Shown here: positions 1 through 13,176 of the stretch, piece after piece
Numbering within the stretch: position 1 is the first letter of the stretch
Layout of the letters: the number at the start of each line of letters is the position of its first letter
NCBI GenBank assembly: GCA_965285935.1
Contig: OZ260666.1
Location: 66,836,001 to 66,900,000, forward strand
Reading direction: 5' to 3'
DNA length: 64,000 nucleotides
Origin: Ophelia neglecta
Lineage: Eukaryota
Position numbers and translations under genes: made by a program
The notes under the pieces: model-generated
What the model was told of the DNA's origin: nothing
Databases searched by the model: none
The model's input: only the letters and a program-made list of their open reading frames with translations

Positions 1-274
1 ATAAAAACCATTTTTTTGTGAGAGTAAGTTTATAAGACAATAAATGTAATTATAATGTTAAATGCTTACATTTATTTGTAAGTCCCTGTGCTACACCCTG
101 TCTGATTACGTGAACGGACAGGCAAGTGCAGTTCTGTCACATTAGATGAAATAAAAGTAGACAGACCTTGAATTAAATAATATTTTATGTACCTGTGTAC
201 ACTGCTTGGTACTTATCTTGTGATCTTTACTGGGCACCTTCCTTTTTACATGTCACACATCTATATCAATCTCT

Positions 275-545
275 AGCTGAGTTAAGTGTTAAGGATGGCC
301 AGTTCTTTCGGAGCGTCGTCTGTAAGCTTTTGTGCTCATTTGCACACATTTTGGGTCACCCTTGCAATTCTGGATAAAAAAGCGTGAATTTGACACAGTT
401 CTAGACCTCAACATTCTGGGGAATCCTTGAGATGCGTCCAGGGGAATATTATGTTTGGTTGCAATGGTAACGGGTAGAGACTGTCAAAACAAACAATACC
501 TGATTAAATGCATCCTGAGCAAAGGCACAATGTTTCTGATCAAGA
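275..545 (+). mobile_element. Degenerate Helentron/HINE-like non-autonomous repeat fragment
   Basis: GTCGTCTGTAAGCTTTTG...CACATTTT and CCTGAGCAAAGG...TTTCTGATCA resemble, from memory, the 5' ends of mollusc HINE/Helentron-type repeats. Highly diverged; no termini or TSD resolved. Confidence 0.3.
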
Positions 546-1436
546 ATTTATTTTAGTTATTTATCCAGAAGCTGTAGGTCCAAAACCGACCTGGGAGAGT
601 GTGAATATGTATATATGGGGTTGATGGTGGGGGTAAATTTCAACGATGGCATGAGCTTCATTATCAGTGCAGTCAAATTGGCCCTACCGAATAGATTTAT
701 AACACATAATAGCACCCATTACACACTAATGGGCATAGATTTCTATAAAGTCCCATTTATCCATCCTTTAATATGTAATAGCCTTCCTGCTTTTTTAGAA
801 ACATTTTTATCTAGATTTTCAAAGAAAGATACCCTCAAGATCTATCATCAGTATTAGCAGGACTGGTTTGCTAATTATATCTGACTAATCGGAGTCCATA
901 ATGTAGTAGCAGGACGTTACAAATCCCTTAATTTGTAATTTAAGTGGTCTTATGACTCTGCTTTGGAGTAACTGGTTATGTCCTAATCTGTTTTACCAGC
1001 AACTAACCACCTTAAATTCAAACCCTACATATGAATTAGAAAGAAATGAGCTCTTTACCTAATCTTTACAAATGCTCTACGCACTTTATTTCTTCTTTCC
1101 AATCTAAGAGCAGCCTCCGATTACTATTAGACCATTTTCTGCACTTTTACCATCGTCTGCCTACAATGGTATTTCATTATAGACTTCGCTGAATTGCCTC
1201 TCTGTCCCCATCAAGGTTTAAGGTAGAAGCTAAATGATGATTACACAGTATAGAAGGGCACTATATTTCATTGCATGTCATTACGCGACCACTGAAACCG
1301 TAGGTTTATCGACCAAGTAGAAGTAACAGACTACATTCTATGGCCATGTTGCTCATACCCGGTGACCGCGAAAACATCTGGTACCGAATACCATATATCA
1401 GAAACGAAATGCTGCTGTCCAGTCCTTGTGGGCAAA

Positions 1437-1504
1437 GCCCCGTTGCGGTAAAATGATAATAATCACAGTAAAATGTGATTATTATCATTTTACCGCAACG
1501 GGGC
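1437..1504. repeat. Perfect inverted repeat (31-bp arms, 6-nt loop)
   Basis: GCCCCGTTGCGGTAAAATGATAATAATCACA (1437-1467) + GTAAAA + its exact reverse complement (1474-1504). Confidence 0.97.
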
Positions 1505-2804
1505 AATTTTACTATTTGCTCAATATTTCCAAAAGAAAATGGTATCAGTTATACAGTAACCTGTAATTTACCAATCGATACTTTATATGCAACACAAGGG
1601 GAGTTCAAAGCTCAAAGCGATGAAATGTGAAGCATTTCTAGATCATTTCTTATCATTCATATCGTCCATATAATATTCTTCAATGGGAAATTCGGTCATC
1701 AGACAAATTAAAATTACCTGTCTGCCATTTGTTCAATGTATAAAAGAAATTGGTTTAAGCCAAATGAGACTGCTGTTTAATATCAGGGTCACCGATATGC
1801 GATACAAAATGAGTTTTCCCAGGCAAATTGAACGTCCTCTGTTTTGTATGAGTAAAAACATCAATTTCACTAAATTAGCAGGCTACCATCAATCTAAACT
1901 TAATTGCTGGGTGCTAAGCAGCCGCAGTCCTCTTCCTTTTTTTATGATTAGAATTTTACCTGGAATGACAATGAACTCCTGTAGACCACTGATATAGACG
2001 ATCTCCCTCCAAAGTCCTCTTCAATCCTGATCAGCGCCTACTTCACAGTCCAAACCCAATTTCCGAACACACTTGGGCGTTAAAGTGCCCCCATATGTCA
2101 TACTTAGAGGGGATCACGGTGTGAGAGGGGAGGATATTTTTGCCTATTTACCTGTCACAGTAATTGGTTAAGGTGCTTATTGACCATCTAGTCCTCTTCA
2201 TTGGTCACCAATTTAAAGTAAAGCTCAATACTTGGTAGGCTTGACGAAACTAAATGCTCTTCCGACATGATGAAAAACAGTACACAGTTATTGAGGAACA
2301 AATGACAACACACATAAAGAAAGAAACATTTTGAAATCATATCGTTCTTTTCCTTTAGAAAATCAGTCCAAATTTCAGGGCCCAGAACTAAAAATGTTCC
2401 AAGACTGGATCCGAGTATGAATCTAGAAAGGGGTATACTAGTCTGGCCTTAGTTCAGTGATGCAACTATTCAATGGTCTATATTTAATCTCGCCCTATCA
2501 TCATGAACATGACCAAATACGACCGGCTTGTTGATTAAGGAAATACTTAATTCTTAGATTCATAGCGTTCATACTGTACTGCAAGGCTATACTTCAAGCA
2601 TCAAATATTCTCGAGGGAGCAAGAACAAATTTTAGTTTGTTTGTAGTTCAACCTATGTATGTTTTTGAACATATCTTTGGGTAATCAAATCCATCAATTA
2701 AATGCTTTGTTTAAAAATACATTAAAAGGTAGCCTTTGTGTATATTGGGAACAAAACAGCTTATTTATGTCAAGGATACATTTTCATGTATCATATCTGA
2801 GTAC

Positions 2805-2821
2805 ATATATATATATATATA
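2805..2821. repeat. (AT)n microsatellite
   Basis: Short uninterrupted AT run. Confidence 0.8.
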
Positions 2822-5800
2822 CAGGTTAAACCTACGGCATCAATAAGTGGTATTCCCTTAAAAAGCTTACACCATCGTATCCTCTCTTAGGGTATAATTC
2901 GTCTCTATCTTACTTTGACCACTGGATCGTTTGTTTTGTAGACTGTCTCCCATTATGGAAAATTATGGACTACTTCTTACTGGAAATATCAATCTTCGTT
3001 TGGAATTTTTATTCATTACAAATTTATTTACTGTTTGGAGCTGGAGATTGACTGTTGTGTGTGGTGCTGTGGCTCCTTATAAATTTGGACCGATGAAATG
3101 GACTATTTTTAACTAATTGTTTGGTTAGGCTGCCGGGTATCCAATCCCGTTTTTTCATTGATCAACAAACTAAAGGCGTTTTATTGAGATCCATGTAGCC
3201 TGCCACAACCCAATACATTAGACCCATAGGACCTTTTGATTATGGGACTAAGATAGTCCCTAGTTACTTTATATGGCTACTTCTATTCTAATTGATTAGT
3301 TAAAAATGATAAAGTGGTTTGGGTATACATAAACATGGCAATGTCGCGCAACCGATTTCCTAAGCAGGCCACCCACTGCAGTTAACTGATATATTACCGC
3401 CACTGCGGAAACAAATGGAACATCAGGAAAAACTAGCACGCGTCAAGTGATAGCTCCCTCAAATCGCTCATGTCAGTATCAAGAAGCCAGGATTCATTAT
3501 GGCTTAAAAACAGTATTATATGATAGAGACATTAACGTAGCTCACAGGAAGGGTACTTTATCCTGTTTTAAAATTATGTGCATAAAAAACATACAGTTAT
3601 TTCCAATGATACTCACAAAATTGACATATTATTTTGCGTGGCATTTAACTTACGACCCAGGACACAAAAGTCAACAAATGGTGACAAGAAGATATATTTA
3701 CACATATATTCAAATTCGCAATGCAAGCATTAGGAATCTCAGAAGAGAGCACAATTCTCGAGGAAATCATGACTATTAATAAAGCAGATGATCACAAAGC
3801 GTTCTCTATCCTCAATGAGGTAAAGCAATTTTGGATTAGAGAAATGAAGGAGAACGTGAAGTTAAAGAATAACGCAACATTGACAGCTTAGTACACTAGC
3901 ATATTCCGCCATTCTTTTCTTACTCGTTTCTTTTTGTTGAAGAGAAAACAGCACATCCAACTTTGAGTTAGTTAACCGGTTAACATTTCAACTGCTTTAA
4001 GGTCTTAGTCCTTTCCGCTATGCTGATCAATGATGATGCGCGAACCCGTGGCTAGTCTGCAACACCCTCATGTATCAATCCTTTTAATGGACTTCTTTGA
4101 AGCTGGATACTTTATGGGCACTTACTTTACCCAGCAATATTGCTTTTATCTGAGTGATTGGCCACAAAATTACTAACAGATGCCTTAGAAAACAACACCT
4201 GTTTTTAGGTGTCATGATAGGGTAGCATTACCTTACATTACGGTAGTTTGTACAGAGAGTGATACATAGATTCAGATTCAGATGTATCAGAAGTGAATAG
4301 CGGTTGACACTCCATCCTTTATTTATCGAAGCTTCTCGCGATAGATTTAATGTAACAAAGCTAATTCGAAGTAGTCTTGGCAATTTCATTTTTCGGAAGT
4401 TGGAAACATACAATTTTTGTGTCTACATATATGTCCGACGGAATTATGTTCCCAATTCTTCTACCCCCCCCCCCCCCTCTAATTATCGAAGGTTGCCTTG
4501 CGTAGTCAGTCTTGTATATTTTCTTTCGCCAACAGAGTCTATGTATACCGTATACGACATAGAGAGATTGTTTATTGCAGAAAGCGTTTTAAATATGTAT
4601 TGATTTGGCTCGGTTTGTGCTTCTTGTTGGCACATAGTTTAATAATGACGCAGTTAAATCTGATTAATTAAGAGTCACAATACATCAGTCATGGTTTTCT
4701 AGACAGCTCCTTAAAATGTGTTTAGATTGGCCCATTATTAACCTACGCTTAGGCTATGTATCTTTGGAATTTAGTAAGATCTTAGCCACATACTTCCTGT
4801 GACTTGGCAAAAATTGGACGAATAAACTGCATCAGTGGATCCGGGTTAAATGGGCACTGACAGATAATAAATAGCCATAGACACTGCAAAGCAAGTTTAC
4901 GATAATTGGAAACGTGTAGGGCAGGTCCATCGTATATACGACACAAAGGCAACCAACCATTTACTATAGAGGTCCACTGCAATTTGTGTTAGGTTCAACA
5001 TTTATGGAGCTAGTAAATATGTTGGAAAACACCGAGGGGATGCAATGGGCAAAAATACACACTACTAATTCAATGTCCTCGTTAAGGGAACACCGCGTCC
5101 TTCCACTATTTCTCTAATAGGGTGCTTATTAAGAAATTATGAGTTAAGACTCCATCTGGCCAAAATACAATTAAGTATCTGTCAGCATTCTTCCATAAAT
5201 GTCTGCCATAGCTTGAAGGTGACCGCTAGGCATGATTTATATGATACACTATATGAAGGCGGAACAAAAACTACGGCAAAAACTGAAAATGTGTTGTCGA
5301 CTAGAAGGACTGGACCATATCACATGGTGTAACATTTTTATATGCAAAAAAAGGAGTTCACAACCGGCAGACAAAGCCAAACCATTGGTGAAGAATAGTC
5401 TATTAAGTCATTTCGAAATCATCAAGAAACAGCAGCCACACACATCCATTAATTTACTATGAAAGCATCCTTTATTATGGGATTAGTTTAAAACAAGTGT
5501 CCATCAGATATCCACACTTTAATAAATTGCATCTACAAAAAAAAGTGGTTGAAAGAATAGCCGATGAGTGCATTTATAATTGTCCTATTAACCAAACCAT
5601 AAAAACCTTACCAACAAATAATTCATATTAGTATTTACTCTACCGAATTGACATCATTTTAATACACAAAAAGTGCCATCCTAACACAGCAAGGGGCTTT
5701 TGCACCCGTCTTAAGTCATGTGCATATTGAGAAATTTGTATTCCCACTACTACAGATAACTTAGACTATCGTAGAGTATCCTAGGCACAATTCATATTCT

Positions 5801-8800
5801 GTTTTCTTGGCCACTAACACGTTTGTTTGTTAGCGGCAACCTAATGAATGAGAACACAATTACAGTGTGAGGAGCTTTACATTTTACTGCCGCGTTGCAC
5901 GAGAAAACATGGTACTGTCTTGATTGAGTTTAAAATTGGCAAAATCTAACGCCATGAGGCAAGGATTAGATAATGTAACAGACAACAGAGAACACGCGGA
6001 AGCATCGGGAATGTTTCTACGGCTTTCTGGATTTCATTTATTTGTGAATTCTTTAGAATCTGTTGAGCATTGGGCATAGATTGCGCCCATTTTGCAATTA
6101 TTTCAGGCCAATTATAGCAAAATTGCCTAATTCCCTATTAAATTATTAGTTATTTCCTTAAATTGTCTAAAAAGCAGAGACTAGATTGATCAAATTTATT
6201 AAATTTTGCAAAAAAAACAACAAAGAAAATAGTCCGATTATACGTTGAAAATGGGATTGCAAACTGGTCGACCAAACAAAATCTGGATCACATATACACA
6301 CATCAAACCTGGCCGGTGTCTATAGGAGACGTCGAACCGAGTGTCACTATAAAATGTTAGTAGATAACCGACGGACAAATCCATTATTCATGGATTGTGC
6401 ATTAAACCAGTCTGCCATCACCAGGAACCGTCAGCTGCAAGCCCACAAACATAGGTCACTGGTTCCATAACTGTAAAAAGCGTTATAATGAATTAATAAT
6501 AAACCAACTTGATATCATTTGAAATGAGAATTGCGAATCAAAAAGATATATGTACGCTGTGACTTCGCATACGTTTTTTGTTTATTACTGTGATTACACA
6601 CTGCTTTTGCAATTGGGAAGATATTGGCTAGCCTTCACATGAAACTCGCTTTATGTGTGTGATGTAGCCACTAAAAAAGCTCCAATGAGATGCACTAATT
6701 CAATAACGATGTTTATTGGTTCGTTGGAGGTATAGTGCCTCTTAATTCATTATGATAATGATCGATAGCCAGTCGGCAAGATATCAGGAAAATGTGCTTT
6801 CAGGGATTTTTTTCTCTTCACTTTAAGAAGAGCTAGCTTAAAAAACGGGAGCTGATACCCGGCAGACAACACCAAATTATTGATCAAGAACAGTCCATTA
6901 TATCAGTCAGAAATCCTCATGAACCAGCAGCCACAGCACAACAGACACCAACAAATCAATTTACACTTCCCAAACAGTAAATAAACATTTAAAAAAAAGA
7001 TATCACTTTTGATAAGAAGTCCACAGTTTTCCGTGATGCGAATCAAGTCACAAAGAAGAAACGAGTCAGTGTTTCAAAGTACATGAAATAAGTCCCAAGA
7101 GGCTACGGTGGTGTTAGCTCTCGCATAATACTTGGAGACTACTGATAATAGCGTCTCAGACACAAGACCTAAGAGGGATGAAAAAGAACAAACAATCGCT
7201 GAAAAGCGCTTATATTCAATCTTTCACCAAAATAATAAGTGTACTATCCAGACCTGCGATATCTCTTTAACTTCGCTGTAGTATTAAGTCTGAAGCTCTT
7301 AGATTCAACCTGCAGCCTCCATGACTTACGTTCTCGGTTGATATAAGGTAAATTCTTCAGGGAAGGGAAACGGAATTTTCCTCGCTTCTTTGTACATGAG
7401 TGGCCTTTAACTCAGTTAGCACTACGTCGGATTTAAATAGGACTGGGCAAGCAGTTTTTTTTATGCCCACTCTTCTCCCTGCCTGCTTAAAAAAATGTCT
7501 AAAACAAGTTATTTGGAGCTATTATGGAAAGGATTGCTATCTTTATTTTGCAAACTCGGTGGGCCTTGAGTCGCAATAACAACGGAAAAGAACTCAGTGA
7601 TTGACACGCGGCCATCCATTGTACATTAACACCAAGCTCCTTTGATCCGGCTAAAATGTGTTTATATTCAACTTCACTTCATGAAGGCGGTAAATTTTCA
7701 GAGCAGTTTTTGTTAACTTTTCGTTCTATTCGTTTCGTTCTTTTCGTATCACCATATCCTATAATTTACATTTTGTCAGGTATGTGCGAGAAATGTATTA
7801 AACTAGAGTACAGAAGATACAAATTTCTTGCTAAGTCTACGTTAGGGCCTGTTCGGAAAACTAAACATTTTGAATGTTTCCTCCTTGCATGGCTAAAAAA
7901 GACCCTCCCTTCCCTATTAAGTCGTCAAAATGCCAAAATATTAAAGCCTAATTCGATCATGAAGGCGGGCTGCAAGAACATATCTTGCAATGATTTACAG
8001 GTCGCCTTATTCAGTGGGTTAGTTAGTATGACGTATCGTTTCTCCAATCCAGCATCGCTAACTAATAGCTTTAGCCAGACATCCCATTGTCTTTGAACGA
8101 CATTAAGATTACTATGGTTCTATGGGATCTCCGAAATTAAAGAAATAGCGCGGATAATATGGCGACCCGAACCAGGAAGAACTGATCACCGCGAAGGCAG
8201 TGCGTGGAGGTATGTGCTCCTTTAAGCAATCACGTACAGCGATTGGGTTTGGGCTTTAAGGTTATGTTCTGTTGGTCTGCAGTTGTCGGTGTCATGGAAT
8301 CTAGGAAGATATGATGGAATATACGTGTTAGCCGACTTTTGGTCGTGTGCCCGGTATCCACCCACGTTTTATTTCCAGTGGCTAGCTATTCCGATTCAAT
8401 GAAGGCAATTGAATGGTACTTTTATAACATTCTCATGGAAATCCACCTGATATAGAGACATCTGTGTGCGATTTGTTTTGGACGATTCTAGATGGAGAAA
8501 AACTCCATTGATGAATGCATATAATTTATTCCTCCTTTTGCAAGTGTTCATCACAATTATCACACATTCATAAGAACCAAGTCATCCTATTATTAGTCAA
8601 CAAATATTAATATATCTGAATATGAAGTATTACCAAATCAAGGTAAGTATTCGTTGACCCAAGTGAAATATAGCGATACGCACATCTTGGCCCGTTTTGG
8701 CTTAGCAATTCAATCAATTTGTTATTCAATACCTCATCTCCATTACTAATTTTCCACAATCTCAGTGGGTGTCTCTGTTGGGACGCAAGCCGTAAAAGTT

Positions 8801-8994
8801 GGCTAGGCACGCTGCACACTGTACAAGACTTCAATCAACATATCGTGCAGTGTTGCATGCAAAACTCATTTGAGATTGTAAATTTTAGACTGCAGATGTG
8901 TCGTCAATTTCTTTGCCATAAAGTGCTTGATCATTGCAATCGATCACACTGTAAAGGTTTTAACAATTTATTATTAAGAAGCTGTTTTCAACTA

Positions 8995-11900
8995 TCTCAG
9001 AGAAACATGTTTTCAAGTTGATACCACTTTTTGCCATTACAACTAAATACTAGAAACTTATTGAAGTTTTATTGTATAAAGGCAGGTCATCATTATCCTC
9101 TATAATATAGTTCGATATATGCCACACATTTGCCTGTATTTTGCCTTCTTTCCATTTACAGCAGATATTGGCAAGCCGTCCTAGAAAGCCTGCTTTATGA
9201 GTGCGTGGCAAGCAATAAAATAGCTCAGTTGAGCCTCGCTAATTTAATAATATGTTTTATTGCTTACGGAGCTGTGAAGTGATGCCTAATTCATAATGAA
9301 TATGGTCTCCTACACCAATGCGCGAGCTCATAAAGGAAAAAGATGTTTTCTTATAAAAAGCTACCAAATGAGAAGTACACCACTGAGTACTGTTTTAATA
9401 TCGAATTTGCATGCAAAGACACACATTGCCATAACGTGTTTTCTTTAGCACTATGAAGAAAACGTCAAGAAAACGCTTATACGGTTTCATTTGATTAAGC
9501 CTACATATAGTTAACAAATTGATTCTGGTCGATTCTTTCGAGGAAATGAGGCGGGAGGGACTTACATTTGTTTGTTGGTCCCAAAACAGGCGATTCTCAG
9601 GCAATTATGTAAACAGGAGTGACGAGGGCGTTTATTTTTTCATATGGATCATGAGGTGAGGGCAGACGGTCTATTTTTGGTGTGTGTGTGTGGGGGTGGG
9701 GACACGTGTGTTTTTGTAGTGAAAGTGGGAGGATTTTTTCACATAAAATATATTGTGAGGGCGGAAGGTGTTTAGAGCCACAGGAATGCATGGAAATGAA
9801 ATATTCATTTAAAAATAAGTGTGAATTAGTACTAATATCTTCAATTAATGTTACCATTTCTACTTAAAGGAATTCATGTCTCTCATGAAAACTCTTTATT
9901 TGTCGGTTACTGCGGGAAGCAGGTGATTTTTTTTTACTAGTTTAACATGGCTAGTAATCGCTATGATTCCCTTCGCAGAATACGTATTGTTCATGTTTCA
10001 CGAGACTTCCCTCAGTAATGTGCCAATAGATATAGAATCTTTAAAACTAGTTGTTCATAGAAGACAAAGATCTTTTTATTACAGCATTCCAAACCCACTT
10101 CTTCTTTCGTTTTTCCCTTGTTTATTTAAACAGACTAGTGACTTTTCCTTAATGGGATATGTTATCAGATCGAAGGACGATTTTGCTCAAGAATGGCACA
10201 TTTGGCATTTACAATGCACATTTTATGGTTCCCCTTATATAGCACACCGGCAAGGTATTTTTGACTTTTAAATTAATTCTTTTCATTCGAAAAAAGAGCA
10301 TTGGTACTTCATAAACATGTCTGCTTTAGTCTCCCATTCTTTAGCTTTTCATATGTAAATTTGGCCGATGTGCAACATAGCTATAAGCGAAAAAAAAACA
10401 CCGTTTTTGTGATTTGCTGAATCTTAAAGAATATCGCAAGACATTTAAAAATAATAATAGTGAATAAGTTTCTGGAGAGCGGGTTGATTGACTTCTGAGT
10501 GACACAAAAACCACTTCAGTTTTATACATTAATAGAAAACCGGAATCTGTCCTTCCGTTTTTTATATAAACCAACCACTCAATGATTAGGTACGTATACA
10601 CGTCGGTTGTAGAATAATGGGAGTGTCCTGGTTGGAACGTCCATCCGGTCTCCAGTCATTGACGCCACCCTAACCCGGGATTCCCATGGTCTTCAAACAA
10701 AAGTAGCTTAGATCCTCTGGCCTGGAAATCCTAGTATAAAAGGGCTCGGACTCGAAATCATGGTTTATTACTCAAGCCATTTGAACAACGTTGTTAATTT
10801 CGTCCCTGGAGGCTTATTGCCATAGGGTTTGGTGTCCAGGGGACCCTTCTGCCAGAGGACCCAATATTCATAAACACCGGCTCACATTGCACTTGTCCAT
10901 CGACGTGACAACGCCACTCAGCGAGGCTTTTATCGCAGTAAACCGTGCCTCAGCCATGTCACCTCTGGCTCATATGATTTGACATCTAAGCACTTGAGGT
11001 GAAAGTCTAACGTAGTTATATTGCATTGACATTGATGACACAAGATGATATCATGTCGCCTTTGGGAAAATCAGCTCAATCGACTAATATCTGGCCTGCG
11101 AGCAAATCCAAAAATTGGGGTAGTAATCGTCCTCCCCTGTACACTGAAAGTCCCTGATAGATTATTTATCACAATTAAGTCGAATCTAGCTTGAGTTATA
11201 TAGAAGAAAAAGATATGATAAATTACAAAAAAGTAAGTAATTGGCATTGTTACCCGGTGAAACCTTTGCCAGTTAGATAAGCTAGCACTCAGCAAGGCAA
11301 CTTTTCTCTTTTCCTTGAAATTCAAAGCATGTTTGTTATGAAAATGTATCTATCGTCATAATTTAAGTTATACCAGTTTACCATGTTTTCACAATGAAAG
11401 TTTAGTCCATCACTGGAACTTAAATCTATTCATTTCCCTTCGACTTTATCTCGAGATTACTCATTACGTCATTAATTGCATTCCCGCCTTGTTTTTGTGG
11501 TTTATGGGTATCAGGCAGCATCTTAATAGACTCTTACAAGTTAAAGCGCACAAGAAGTGTCGTTTTAACGGAAAATGCGCCATGAACTACATTGGGTTGA
11601 TACATCAGGCAAAACTTATATACCCAAGGGGGAAGTTAAAATCTATGTCAAGCGAGATCACTTAAAACTGATACCTTAAGGACATTTGGAAAATGACATT
11701 TTTGGAATGTTTGTTTTGGCCACAATATACTTTGCTGAAAGGCAACATTGCCATTTCATTTCGTTAAGACTATGAGATGGCATTAGCAACAATCTTATAA
11801 TCATTTAGGTTGCTTTGGCATCTTTTCCATATCCTCATGGCACTGATATAAGAACTCTTACATCTGCAAGAATCAGTCTGTAAGGGCAGACGGTCACAAT

Positions 11901-13172
11901 AATAAAGATGTTGTGTCAACTTTCAGCTCGTGATGTGTCAAGCTTAGATAAGTGCATTGGTGGTGAACATCCTTATTAAGCTTCTTTCAATCGGTAATAT
12001 TGTTGAGCATTAATGCAACCGCTGGTAAGTGTGTCATAAAGTTGTTCATTGTTTGCATTGTGACTTTCAATTTCCTACATTGTTGGTGTACAAATGTTAC
12101 CTCCCATGAAGATGGTCATTTCCTTAACAGAAATGTCTTCATCATTCGCCTGATATTGGCTACCTCCCAAGGTGCCTTGCTTGCCTATGGGTGCTGCATT
12201 TAATAAAAATAAATCAGACATGTCTCGTTAATTCAATAACATGATTTATAGCTTTGCGTGTGCTAAAGTAATTTCTCATTCATTATATTATTGTGTATTA
12301 CCAATTAGTGTAAATCTCATAAAGCGATGTGTAGTTTACATTTAACAAAGACATTTCTTAATGAGCGTATGGGGCTTTCTCCTGGATTTGCAGACTAGTA
12401 CTCTTCGACGATTGGTCCACACGCATGATGTTTGCTCAGATTGAAAATTAGTTCAGTTGGGGAACATAAACTAGTTTGGGCAAGCCATTGGCTTTAATTG
12501 TCATCTTGATTGCTCCCAACTGCCGGGATATCGGCTGTTACAATTTATATGCATAGCTGTATAAAACTACTCGGCGATTTGAAAATTATATTTGCTCGCT
12601 GATTCACCCTTTGGAATGCACAAAAACATATATTGCAGATGTCGTTTAATTTTCCATTGAACATAACCAATGCTCGTTTCAACATTATGCGTGTTTCCTG
12701 TATGGTTCTGGTTTGTAATGGCTGCAAATTTTCCTTTTATTGTAAACTTATATTCCCTGTTTTGCACATAAACAAATGAGCAGGGAGCGATAGGTTAAAA
12801 GAACCTCACGACTCAGCCGTTAAGCCATTTCGTGGGTAACGCCATCTCCTGACCAATGTTTTGGGAGCTAATTATCACTCACATTCGCCTATCAACTATT
12901 CACACGTCCATTTTCACGATTATGCATTTACACTTTCCAGATGTATCTAGATGAAAAATGTAAATGCTCCATAAATGAAAAGCTTCCGATAAAAATTGAA
13001 CCGAACACAGAATGAGAGAAGTTCAGAAAAAATATTAAGAACTTATATCTTTTAGCCTTGTATTCCAAAAGAAAGCTAGTCATTTTAAAAAACACAAATT
13101 TGTACGTGTGTGATAGGAAGACCATTTACCGATTATTTGGTAGAGAAGGAGATGACTCATGTATATATGTGA
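8995..13172 (+). repeat. Tandem segmental duplication, copy 1 (4,178 bp)
   Basis: Sequence from TCTCAGAGAAACATG to ...CATGTATATATGTGA recurs at a constant offset of 4,182 bp. The ORF track repeats with the same offset (e.g. 9395 vs 13577). Confidence 0.98.
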
Positions 13173-13176
13173 TGTT

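Noticed and set aside
12690-12790. Enhancer-like cluster (TAATGG, TTTTATTG, TGTAAAC, TAAACAAA) inside the duplicated unit
   Set aside because: Such short AT-rich motifs are expected by chance here; no conservation or chromatin data are available.
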